This document shows positions 42,059 through 54,100 of a stretch of 64,000 nt of DNA, piece by piece. The notes below the pieces were generated by a model that searched no databases, had not been told where the DNA came from, and saw nothing but the letters and a program-made list of their open reading frames with translations. The stretch is from NCBI GenBank assembly GCA_030248215.1, contig JASANG010002537.1, positions 62,001 to 126,000 of the forward strand, read 5' to 3'. The position numbers and the translations under genes were made by a program. This DNA is from Enoplolaimus lenunculus (lineage: Eukaryota). Position 1 is the stretch's first letter. Every line of letters starts with the position of its first letter.

Positions 42059-42065
42059 TTTTCAG
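42059..42065 (+). promoter_or_regulatory. Candidate SL trans-splice (or 5'UTR intron) acceptor upstream of the SCAP ATG
   Basis: TTTTCAG, the nematode consensus acceptor, ~64 nt before ATG 42129. Function is inferred, not shown. Confidence 0.35.
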
Positions 42066-42128
42066 GTGAACACTGTAGCGGAACTATAAATCATATTTTT
42101 GGTGTTGCGTAATTTATGTCGTTTAACT

Positions 42129-45100
42129 ATGATATCAATTCAGTTATGGAAAGATAGAGTCGCACTTGCATACTATACATACGGCCGATTTTGTTCGTCT
42201 CATCCTGTGATAACAATTTTGAACGCAATATTCACATTGGTATTATTGGCGGCACCATTTGCTAAAATCAGCCCACCGTCTTATGCTCCGCCATATGAAA
42301 TTGTGGTTACTCGAGGAAGTAAGGTGCCATATTTATACATGAAAATTTCGTTACAGTTTTAATGTAAAGGAACTTAACGTTCAGTTTGTTGCAACTCTAA
42401 ATGGTCTTGATTTTGTGAAGTTTGAATGTTTCATTCAAAAGAATTAAAGTTTTAGCTCTATATTTAAAGTAACCAGCACATATAATTAACTGCTGAGGAC
42501 ATTTTATGAAATCAAAGGTAACGGGGGCAGGTTCATTCAAACCGCGCTTGGTACATCTACTCCACCACTTTTTAAAATTCTCCCCATGTGTTGAATACAT
42601 ACCCCGTTCAAACATCCGAGTAAACTCATTGATTTCATTGTCTTCGTCCTCCGATTCTTGGATAGAGGTCGCCCTAGATCGTGCTTTAGGTACCCCCGGG
42701 CTATGGCCCCTACTCCCTTTTTCAACTTTTTTGTTTTTCCTTGCTTCGTCCACCTGGGTCGACTGCTGTGAATTAATCAACCAGTGTCACATTGACATGC
42801 GTTGTTCCTCCGACCAGTCTGCTAATGGTCCATTTATTTCCAGACGTTAGTGGAATCTGAGATCATTTTCACAGTGCGTGATGGTTCAGCCCCGCGCTGG
42901 GGCCCGGCCAACCCTACTTCCATTCCATGTTGCTTCCTTCAATAGTTGCAAAGTCTGATAGTACGTACCTCGGCTTTGCCTCAGTATCTTTAAATTTAGT
43001 TTTTCCTGTACCTTCCGATAATATTCTGCAGTAATGCTCGGGTAGGACACGCCGGAACTCACTATTACCCCATGTCATGCACTCGCTTCCGAATTTCATG
43101 CGAGTCTCTGATTCTCTTGTAGGACTATTTACCAACTCCGTTGTACTCGACCAACGCGTATCCAACGTTCTCATACCTCTCGCATCTTGTATGCCATCTC
43201 CATTTGCACCCACACTATGTCTTCCTCCGAGTTTTGTGAAATGACCGAATCGGCATATATTTCGAGAAGCCGAGCTATACCTTGTGTTTCCTGTTTCTGT
43301 TATCCGAATACTATGCGTCACCGTAATAGGTTTGGCCCATAGTATTATCAGTGTCCGCCCTAAACACCTATTATCATGATTCCCGTCGCCAAGCTGTACT
43401 AGGTAGCGAAACTTTTTCGATTTCCCTACGTTTCCCAGCTTGCAACTCACGCAACATGCTCCGGGTCCCCACTCCAGTTTCCATTGCTGTCGACCGTGCC
43501 GTAGGGTCATGGCCCTCGATCGTGGTAGGAGTCCTATAAAAAAGCATTTTTGAGTTTCCTCTTCAATTTTCCATATCGCAGTCTCATTAGAGTCTTTGCT
43601 ACACCAGTATTATTTTATCCGATATATTAAACACACTCCGAACCTTTTTGAGTCATCGTATGCAAAGCCACCAGGGAATTTTTTAAAATTTTCGTCGATA
43701 ACTTTTTAACCAATTTAAAATTGTACCCCAACTTGGAGTTCGAAACAGTTTCGAAACAGTTCCTAAGCGTATAAGGACCAGCCGCGTAACATCAAATTTA
43801 AAAAATTTTCAACTTTTTCTGGAGGTAACTGGCACCGAACCCCGCTGGGACTTGAACAAATTTTGAATACTTGCTGCGTAGCCGCAAGTATAAAAACAAA
43901 ACTAACCCGACATTGCAAAACCAAAGTCCGAAGCCTTTAAATTCGAAAAATTTGACGGCAAGCGACTACAAGAGCCCAAAAGTTTTTTGCACAACCAAAA
44001 CCAGACGCCTGTAATGCCGGAACATTTGACAGCAAGCGACTACTAGATTCCCGAGCCTTTTTGCAAAACCAAAACCAAACGCCTGTAAATCCGAAAAATT
44101 TGACTGCAAGTGACTACAAGAGTCTTGAGCCTTTTTACAAAACCAAGGCACAAACCCTGTTAATCCGAAAAACTTGACGGAAAGCGACTACAAGAATCCC
44201 AACCCCTTTTGCAAAACCGAAACCCCAATATTCTTTTCCCTTTCCAGTTATATTCTACTCATAATCCTGTTACAGATTCTGAGTATTGCAATAACTGCTT
44301 TTTGCAAACACTTCCATATTTCTCTTTTTCTCCAATCTTCTCCTTTTCCCCAATTTTCTCTTTTTCCCGGACCACAATCGCCAAACCAGCATGAGACCAT
44401 CGTGGTCACAATGTGAGATGTCTTGTCCTTTTTTCAAAAGACTTTTGTTTTTGCTTGTTATATTGTTAGAACATTTTATTCAGAGCAAATTTACTGTTTG
44501 TATAGTTGCCTAATGCTTGAGTCAATGCGATGTTGAAAAAGCATTTAATCAGTGTTACTGCTTACAAAAACAGCCGTCTTCGGCTGAACTTTGTGCTAAG
44601 TTAACAATAAATCTTCCTTCATCGCAGGTCGTAAAACAGACCATCGCTGCGGCCTCTGGTGAGCAAAACTACGAGTAACGCTTCAACAGCCGGCCGAAAC
44701 TGTAAAGTGCGAATAGTAAATATGTTAAAATAGTTACAAAGAAAAATATGCCATCAAATTGCGTCAAGTTAGTCGCTCTTTGAAATTTTATATGCAGTTT
44801 AGTCTATAGTGTAAAACTTCTAATCTGGAATATGCAAAATCTTTAATGAAAAAGTATTCTTCTATATTTAACATACATATTTCTTTGATAAATAGTGCAA
44901 GTGAAAACAAGAGTCACCGCCCGAGGCCGGTGACAAAAAGAAGTATCCAAAATTTCGCTGCAATTTGTAGAAAAAAACGTAAACGGTCCTGGCTACCCCA
45001 ACCAGGTGTCTCGACTTAATTGCAATGCCATGACCGAATCCATGTGTGTCGGGAATGCGTCCGGGCTGTACAAACCAGTCCAAGACATTCAGACACAACA

Positions 45101-48100
45101 ACAAAAATCAAAACACCATTCAGCCGCAAACGCCATCATGCTGTCATACTCTAGCTATGAATTTCGCACCCCAAGCCCGCAAATAATGTTTAAAAATATT
45201 TAATATAATCATGCAGGGCCAAGGTATGTTGTACATTGCGGCATAGCCGCAGGTGGAGCCAGGGCCTCCGTTAAGGTGTGGTTTAGGATTTGATTTTGAT
45301 TTATGTTTTTGTTTTTAGTTTGAAATATGACATGAGAGTAACACAGCCACATACAGTCTCCAATTCTAACGGTAATCCCACTCAAATTCGCAAGAATTAG
45401 CACCCAGCTAGCTCTAGATTCGGCCATTATTAGCATGAAATTTAAAAACACATTCAACATATGAAGGAATCTCGCAGTCCCATTGTTTTCAAAGCAGAAA
45501 GATGTGTAACTTAACTAAACTATATAACTGAACTAAACTACAACTTTTATAAACTCTGAAACACTTTTTTTCTGGTTCAGAATACCTTCTTCAGGTTTCA
45601 GCGCCATCATAGAGTTTTTCCCAATGATTAAGAACCATATTGCTAGGTTTTCAGATAACTTTAGATTTAATAAATTCCGGACGCACCCACACAGCTTTGC
45701 TATATTTTGTGTTTTCGTTGAGGAGAACCGGTAGGAGCCGCTCACGGATTACGTACGATTTTGACGCTGTTTTTTTACTCTATGTGAACTTCTTCAAATC
45801 ACGCTGATTTTGACTGTCAGATTTTACAGCAGACATTTCATTTGTTTCGAAGCAAAATTGTGCGTTACCCGGAAGATTTATGAACAAAACGAATAAAATT
45901 TAGCCTCAGAAACATTTATGAAACCCACCAAACGTTTGCATTGTTGACTATTTTGCCTGTATATACCAACGAGGGCATAAAAGAGACACTTGGCCTTTGT
46001 ATCAAAACCCGATTGTTGTCAGCTGATTTAAAAATTGAAACCCAACTTTTAAACATGCTACTTAAAGGCATTTATGTAAAATCTCTGTCAACTTTTATTA
46101 AACAGCGTTTAGACAGTTCCGAATATCCAAATTTTGCATCAGACGACGTTCAACGGAGATCTCAAGAAGCGGCATTGCTGATTGTTCAAGTTGCGGCCGA
46201 AATCAACCTTGAAGACAATGATCAAATGATGAATTTTGTAAGGTTTTTGGCCGTGTTTTACAATGAAATAAGGTGAAACTTATCTACGTCTATGTAACCG
46301 GTTGCAGACAGCAAAGCAGGCTTCTGATAAACAACTAATTTCTGGTTACTACTGTATATAACTCAAATTGGGCCGTTTTTGTTAACGGAAGCTAGAGATT
46401 GGTGGTTGTTTAGACGTTTTAGCGCTTTGTAATCAAATTTTAACAACCTCGAATGAACGAGCGGACGCTGGGAGTTTAACGTATACGGCTCCAATCAGCG
46501 TTTGCCGACTTTCGAAACTACCTTTCTAATTGAAGGAAAACAACGGTTATTTTAATACTGCAGAACAGCGATAATTATCGTTTTCAAAACGAAGATCTGT
46601 TGTTTGGAGCATTTGAAATCGAAAACATTCTTCGAAATCAGCAAAATCCGTCTATTTCGCATTTGAATTCGATTTGCGTGTACGCACCGGCAATTGGTTC
46701 TGTAGATGCTGAAAATATGTCACAGGAAGTCTCTTCTTCTCAAAGTAAAACTATCAATTTACCACTCGTCAGGCCCGTGGTCAGCTCACCTTGGCAGGGG
46801 GGGGGGCTAAAAATTTTGAGGAGGGGCATACAAGAGTTTTCGTAGAAACAAGGTTGAAAATTTTCAAAAGGGGGCCAAAATTTTTCCAGGGGTGAGCGCC
46901 CCCTGGCCCCGCTTGGCTACGGGCCCGCGTCTCGTGATATGTTGTCGGGCTAAAGATGGTTTACTTCCTTGTTTAGTTTATGACCGATTTTAGCGAGGTC
47001 GGGTGCTAATATGAACTGGATAACAGGAGCAGCCTTGCCGTGTTGTAATTTTCCACATACAATGATTAGCTAAATCTTACACAGCAACCTCTTCAGCTAT
47101 CCATATCGGCAATGCTGTTAAATTTAAAACATTTTGAAACTAAAAAACTGCATATTTTATACATGTTTGCTAGCATTTATTTGTGCTTGAATTGTAAGCG
47201 TTTGCATTGAAGTCGTTAAAACAGTTACGTCTGCATGCATTTTTTGCACTGTCCAGACCTGGGGCATGAAACGAAGATTTTAAAAAAATGGGGGTTTATG
47301 TTTACGAAACAGTCGATGGGCAACTGTTTTTTTGAGTCACCAACTGAAACAGGTCCTATTAAACCGTATGCAATAATCACAACAAACGGTATATTCTGAT
47401 TTATCTTGGCAGAATGAACAGTGTATAAAAATGTTGCAGTTTTGTAGGCAATTGTTTCTTACTGTCACCAGTGGAAATGTGGGGTCGGAATGAAACCAAA
47501 TTCAAATGTGATCCTCATAAGCATCAAGCAATACAGCTGTATGGCCGATCGGCTCGAGAAAAGTCTACTGTGAGCCCTGTTGAATTAGCATTTGGAATGC
47601 ATGAACAGGATATCTGGCTGTTTGAGAGCACGCGGCATGGCGGTGATTTAACTGCGGTTTTTAGCGGACGGTAAGGAAGACATCTGTGTGTATTCATGAT
47701 TACACGTTAGGGTTTTCATGTCACCGCTGCTGAAAAATAATCAGCTATGTTCAAGCGGTATCGTGACAACTAGTCAAGCGGCAAATCGCAGTCCGACATT
47801 ACTTTGTCGAAGACATCTCGTCGACCTGACAATTTGTCGCCAGTCAGTATACAACTGGTCGTCCCGACAGCTTGTCTGCCAGTAGGTACGACAATTTGTC
47901 GATTCGATAATTGTCTTATCGACTCGACAACTTGTCGCATGCCTGTAGGTACGACCACTGTTTGTACAATACAATTGATTTTTGTTCTTTAAGTAGTGTA
48001 TCACCTATCGGAATGTATATAAATCGGGTTGCCGAGATGTGTGGGTAGAGCTGATATCGAACAAGTTGTCAGGGGTCGACGATTTCTCAGTGCGGCAAGT

Positions 48101-51100
48101 TATCCGGGCCTACTATATGCCGAGTGACAAAATGTAGAACGATTGACGATAAGCTTATGGGTGACGAATTGTCGTAGATTGTTTTCAATTTTTTCATGAA
48201 AAATATGTGCTTAATATTAGTTTTTAAATTAAGCGTGTTACTGAGCTTATGAAACGCGTAGGATTTTTCAAAAAGCATTCCACCGATCAGTAGGCAGTCG
48301 GAACTAGGAATTTTAGATTAACGAATGATGTTTTACACTCTTAAACATAAATAAAAGAAAATGGTTCTGCAATCACGTCGTCATTCAAATACATGTAATG
48401 CAACTCCCACTATACCATATGCGTATATACTAGGCAAACCTTGATGGATTTCTGCGATGGTCAGTGGAGCATTTTTCGCTTCGGTAACCTGGATACTGAA
48501 ACTTTTGTGCTTCAGCGTCTATTGATACTGTAGCTTTTAAGCTTCAATGTTCATTACACTACTCCATTCAAAAGTTGTCTAGTGTACGCATGATATTGTG
48601 GAAGTTGCATAAAAGGTACAATTTCTTGCTCGGTCAATTTGCACACGTTGATACTCTGTTTTTCGTTATTTTTGTTTGAATTTCAACTTCAATCCGCAGA
48701 TCGAAAAATAACACTGTGATTTCAGGTTTGCTATCACTATATTTTTGTCGCACTACAATACCAAGTTTATTTCGTGGCTGAAATCTGAACTAACTCAACG
48801 CGGTTATAGAATAATGACAGAGAAGGACGCAACAGCTGCTGATACGTCTTTGGTTCATGTATACTATCGACGTCCGCGAACAAAGTCTGATTATGCAAAA
48901 TTATGCTGTTCATATATCTTGTTGTTGTTTTATATCGTCTTTTCGGTCAGCAAAATTTCTAACGTGAGTCAAATAGTAGCGCAAGAAAATGCTGTATTTT
49001 TTGTACAACCTTAGGCTACTGAAGAAGCGTGCTTTTAGCTACGCAAGCAATTAATTTGAGTGTTTCTTCATGTTGGAAGATATTGTTTGAAGAATGAACA
49101 GCGATTAAAAATACTAACTGAGAATTTTTCCATTAAAAATAAAGCTTTTTGACGTAATTACTTAATTATGTACCACTCATTACTGCAGTACCTACACCCA
49201 GAAAATTTGTATGATATTTGAAGATGTCCATTTACTTGGTGATCGGTGTTACACCGATGCACACATAATGCGAGAAACATTAACAAGTTTACCACCGGGT
49301 ACGGAGCCAGCGGAGCATGGGGCGCTCAACCGCATCTGGAAATTTTTTGACCCTCCAAGAAAATTTTTAACCTTGCTAGTAAAAGTCATAGAAAACCCTT
49401 GTATGCCTTTTGCCCACCCATCATCAGCAAGATGAGTTGGCTATGGGCGTGCTTGCAGCACAAATAGAACAATTTTACAGGTGAAATCTCGCTGGGGTAT
49501 TGCGTTCAGTGTTGTGTTCAATGTTGCATCATCGTTGGTTATGGCTGCCGGAATATGTCTTTATTACAATTTAACGCCAAATATAATCTGGATGAATGAA
49601 CTGTATCCGTATTTAGCGATGCTGTTAGGGCTTGAAAATACACTTTGTATTACACAGTCAGTTTTGACGGTTCCTGTGACTGAAGGTGTTAAAGCTCAAA
49701 TTGCACACGGATTAAGCAGAGAAGGTACGTAGTTTGTTAACATCAAAATTTTTTGGAGTATGAATACGCTGAATCTACGACGGTTCGTCGCTCGACCACT
49801 TGTGGCCCAACAGTGATGATTCAATCTTAGCATAATCCTCAACGTAATCCTAAGCATAAGCCTAAGCCTAAAAATCATATTGATGGGCGTCGAATTGTCC
49901 AGTCGATGAAATTTCGGATTACAATTGCCGGTCGACGAGCTGTCGGGCGACCAATGTCGTGATAACGCATACGTTTTCAATATGTCAGTTTTAAAGATAC
50001 GAGAAGCCTGTGTGTGTGTGCTGTGTACACCGGTCAAATATCAATACATGGGGAAAAGTTGCAATGTTGCCAGATCTCATCAATTTTAATGATTCTGGAT
50101 TTTACAGCGGGGTGAGGCGAATGTTTAACACCGAATGTATTTTGAATATGTTACTAGTTTTAAAGGAAAATTCAGCTATGCGTATAATACCTGAAAAAAG
50201 CTTAAACCTGAAACGTTTTCATAAAGCTGACTGTCATTTTCGAGAAATCAATCCGGTTTTTACATTTCCACATCCTGCACCGTAAGGCATTGTCGTGATT
50301 TCGCTGCAGGCTCGAAAGCCACGTCATCTTGCTAGGGTACTAAAAATTTTCACGAGGAGCATATTAGGGTTTTCGTTCAATTATCAGCAAGGTTCAAAAT
50401 TTTCTTTGGAAAATTTTTCCAGGGGAGGCTGAGCCCCCTCCCCCCCTGGCTACGGATTTGAATCATTGACAGATAGCGTTGTTTTAGGATATCGCTCGGT
50501 TAAAAATATGCTTCTACAAATGTTAATATTAGCATTTGGATATGTGACACGAATCGCTGAAATTCAAGAATTCTGTACATTTGCAATCATTGGCTTAATA
50601 ACTGATTTTTACATGCAACTAGCGTTCTATGCGCCAGTTTTGACGTTTGATTTGCAGCGATTTGACCAAATTGACAAGGTAAACAAACAATTAACAAGAA
50701 ACAGTTTGGTACAGAAAATAACGAATTCATTAATTATTAAGTTGGAAATTCAAGATGTTTAGTTTTGATTTGTTTTCAACCAATTAATACAGGGATATCT
50801 TGTATTTATCGCGTACACCTAATTTTTAGCTAACATTCGAACACATGTCTCTAGTGTGAAGCACATTTACCATAGCCGTTTAGCTATTAACGGTTGGGGC
50901 TCGAGCCCAACGGTTTACCAGGGTTCCAACGGACTTCCGATTCCGGCTAAAATTTAGAAAAAAAATTGGGTTCCGATTCCGCTTCCGACTGGCTTCTGTT
51001 CCGATGCCGGAATTCCGATTTTTCGGTTATGAGTTTTTCAACTGATTGAACTTAAATTTTGCCAATTTTTTCGTTTGTTTGAAAATGTGTTTGTTTTTGT

Positions 51101-54100
51101 TAGTAAGTATTCTCAGTAGCAGAGTAAATTATTTCGTTGATTGTCAAAATGTGACTGCAATTGAAAACTTTAAGCTCTACCTTTAAATGAATGACAAAAT
51201 CTAAACTTAAAATTCTACTTCATAGCGGCAAGCAGTGATGTTAGAGCCCCACTAGTTCTCAAATATGGCTCGATATTTGGTTCAACAGCATCGTTACTGT
51301 AGTGAAAACAATGCTCCATTGAGCTGGTTAATTTTTAAAAAGCTGCTTCTGTCATTTATGATTTCATAAGACTTCATATTTAAAGTTTTGAAATGCTCAA
51401 AATGCTTAACTGCATTTAAACTTAAGGCCAAGTTGTTCCTGTGCCTTGAGAATTGACAGACTGCTCTTACAATTGGCAGGCCTCCTCCTTACTAGGGGGG
51501 CTAAAAATTATCAGGAGCGGTATACAAGGGATTTGGTTTAAGAAATTATTCTAGGAGAAAAAAATTTTCCAGAGGGGCTTAACCATATCTTGACCCCCTT
51601 TGGTTACGAGCCCGTGGGGCAGGATATTGGTTGTGTTCCGAAATTTTAGTTTTGAAGCGCATTTGTTTGCTAATTTTTCTATATTCAAGATTGACCAATT
51701 GTTCTGAATGCGCAAAAATTCTAAACTCCCATAATAACCTCGTTATATTTCGGACCTCTTTTAGCCACAAAACACAAATCTACTATTTGTTTGCTGAATC
51801 AATGTTTTTCAGAAAGTTTTATTCGAACATCAATCTTCAATGACGCAAATTGTTTTGGTTCAATATCCTCCATTAACGTGCCCGTTTGCAGCAATTTGTC
51901 CGAATACGTTTGCCGCCGTTAAACGGTAAATCAAATAACATTTTTTAGATGTTAACTCAAAATTACTTTTAATAACGGAACGTTAATTATAGATACCAGA
52001 GTAAAGGGCGTTAGAGACTAGTATGCTTTAGGCTAAGCTTTAAGCTTAGGTTTAGGATTGTTTTAGGCTTACACTTAAGTTTAGACTTACACTTTAGGTT
52101 TAGTTTGTGCTTAGGGGTAAGGCTTAGGTTTGAGCATAGTTGGCATTTCGTACCAGGGTCAAAAAATAGTATTGATATTCATAAATCCATTATATATTTT
52201 TCGACACTGAGAGAATTGGTGCGCGTAATCAAACAAAAATACACATGCTTTTATTGACTTTGTCGCAGTGTGGCAGAGACCTAAAATTTCTGCATATATT
52301 CTCGTCAAATTAGTCAGACTTTGTCCACTTTGCAGTGAAAATTGCTTAGATGTGACTCGTATATTTTCTGCAGGCCTGTAATAGGCTGCTCACCTTGCAG
52401 GGCGCGGCGAAAAAGTTTTTAGGAGGGGCATACAATGGCTTTGAATGATTTGAGGGTTGAGCCCCCATGCCTACCTTGGCTACGGGCCCGGTTCTCTGTT
52501 ATTTAGAGAGTAAATTCAGACATGCAGCACGCTTGTAAATTCGTGATTCGTTGCTACAAAATTTCTAGGTACTGACTAAAGGTGGTATGTGGCAGAACCA
52601 ATTCTGGCTGATCTGGTGTTTCTTCGCCACTACATACCTTGCGTTTGATTTTGAAGTAATTTTTACAAGAAAAACATCTGAAGTTCGAAAGTAAAACAAG
52701 CATTCTATTTGAATTTGAAGTTTCGTTTCTTTACAGAAATTTCCAAAATTCACAGCAAGCGCAAATCGAACGATGCAGCTCCGAACCAACGTTAAACGAC
52801 GTAGATCAGAATACCAGCAACGGAGAAAATGGCTTAAAAATTGGTTCTAAACACCAGTCACGCTGGTTGCTACCTAAATCAAACGACAGTACGAGTTGTC
52901 AGAACAGATCTCGAAATTGTGAAGCAAAAGGTGCGTCCAAGTGTAGCTTATGAAGACTACTTTTTATTAAATTAAAATAAAATTTAAAATTTGTTTCTGA
53001 TCAAACTTCGGCTCATGTAAAGATCAGGGGCAAACCGTGTTTCCGCAGCACTGCAATACAGGAAGCTTTAGCTTTAGACTAATTTTTTTGCTTAGACTTA
53101 GGTATAGCCTAGGGGCAAACCGTGTTTCCGCAGCACTGTAATACAGGAAGCTTTAGCTTTAGACTAATTTTTTGCTTAGACTTAGGTATAGCCTTTTCCG
53201 TACGCGTAGGCTTAGGTCTAGGCGTAGGAATAGGCTTTTACTACTGTTACGGCCATAGTTTTGTGTTGTCTAATATTTGGCTCTTGTGTACACTCTGCAG
53301 ATGGTGTTAATACAGACCATTTTTAGTGGTCCAATTTATACCGAAGCAGTAAAATTTGATTTCACGGTCACGTTTAAAAAATCACGTCCGAAACTTTATA
53401 TGTAATGTATAAAATCAAATACAGCATATATATTACCAGGACATCGGCGTTCGTTGTCAAATGTTTCAAATATGAACGAAATTCGAGTCATGATGGAACC
53501 AAAAGATGTTTTCAGTGTTCTGCCGTTGAAAATGCCTCGTCGATTGCGTTTTATTTATTTTTGGTACGTCATATTTCATATGTGTTACTAAACAACTGCA
53601 ATAAATTATGCATTTTGACTATTGCTACGTTGGCCAATGCAAAGAACAGGGCCGTAACAGCAGTATAGGCATATTCCTAAGCGTATGCGTAAGAATGAGC
53701 TTATACCTAATCATAAGCCTAAGCGTAGGTAAAAAAATAAGTCTGAAGCTTAAAGCTTACTCTATTACATAACCCCTGAAAAACGTTCCGTCCGTGATTT
53801 TTACATGGGCCACTGCGTTTAACACGGCAAAATAACTTAATACTAATAAAAGTTGACCAACTGCTAAATTATGAATAAGTTTTGCGAACTATTGTTACGT
53901 TATATACATGAAAACCATTGTTATTTAGTCGTGAAATTATTAAATTTCATTTTTGAATCATACGAAAAAGCTGATGCTGTCGGAGTATGCCAAGTCGGTT
54001 GCAATTATTTCGCAACGAATTTAATAGCAACTAACGATTCTGTACGATCTGTGAATTTCGCTCATCGGAACACTAAGAGTAAACAACTATGGTAATACCT

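Noticed and set aside
43900..44230. CRISPR-like regularly spaced repeats
   Set aside because: The entire 74-bp unit is repeated with no unique spacers, there are no cas genes, and the context is eukaryotic.
47750..48190. Overlapping short ORFs on both strands
   Set aside because: They arise from a degenerate CGACAA/TTGTCG repeat element in a SCAP intron; similar sequence is at 49775-49960.
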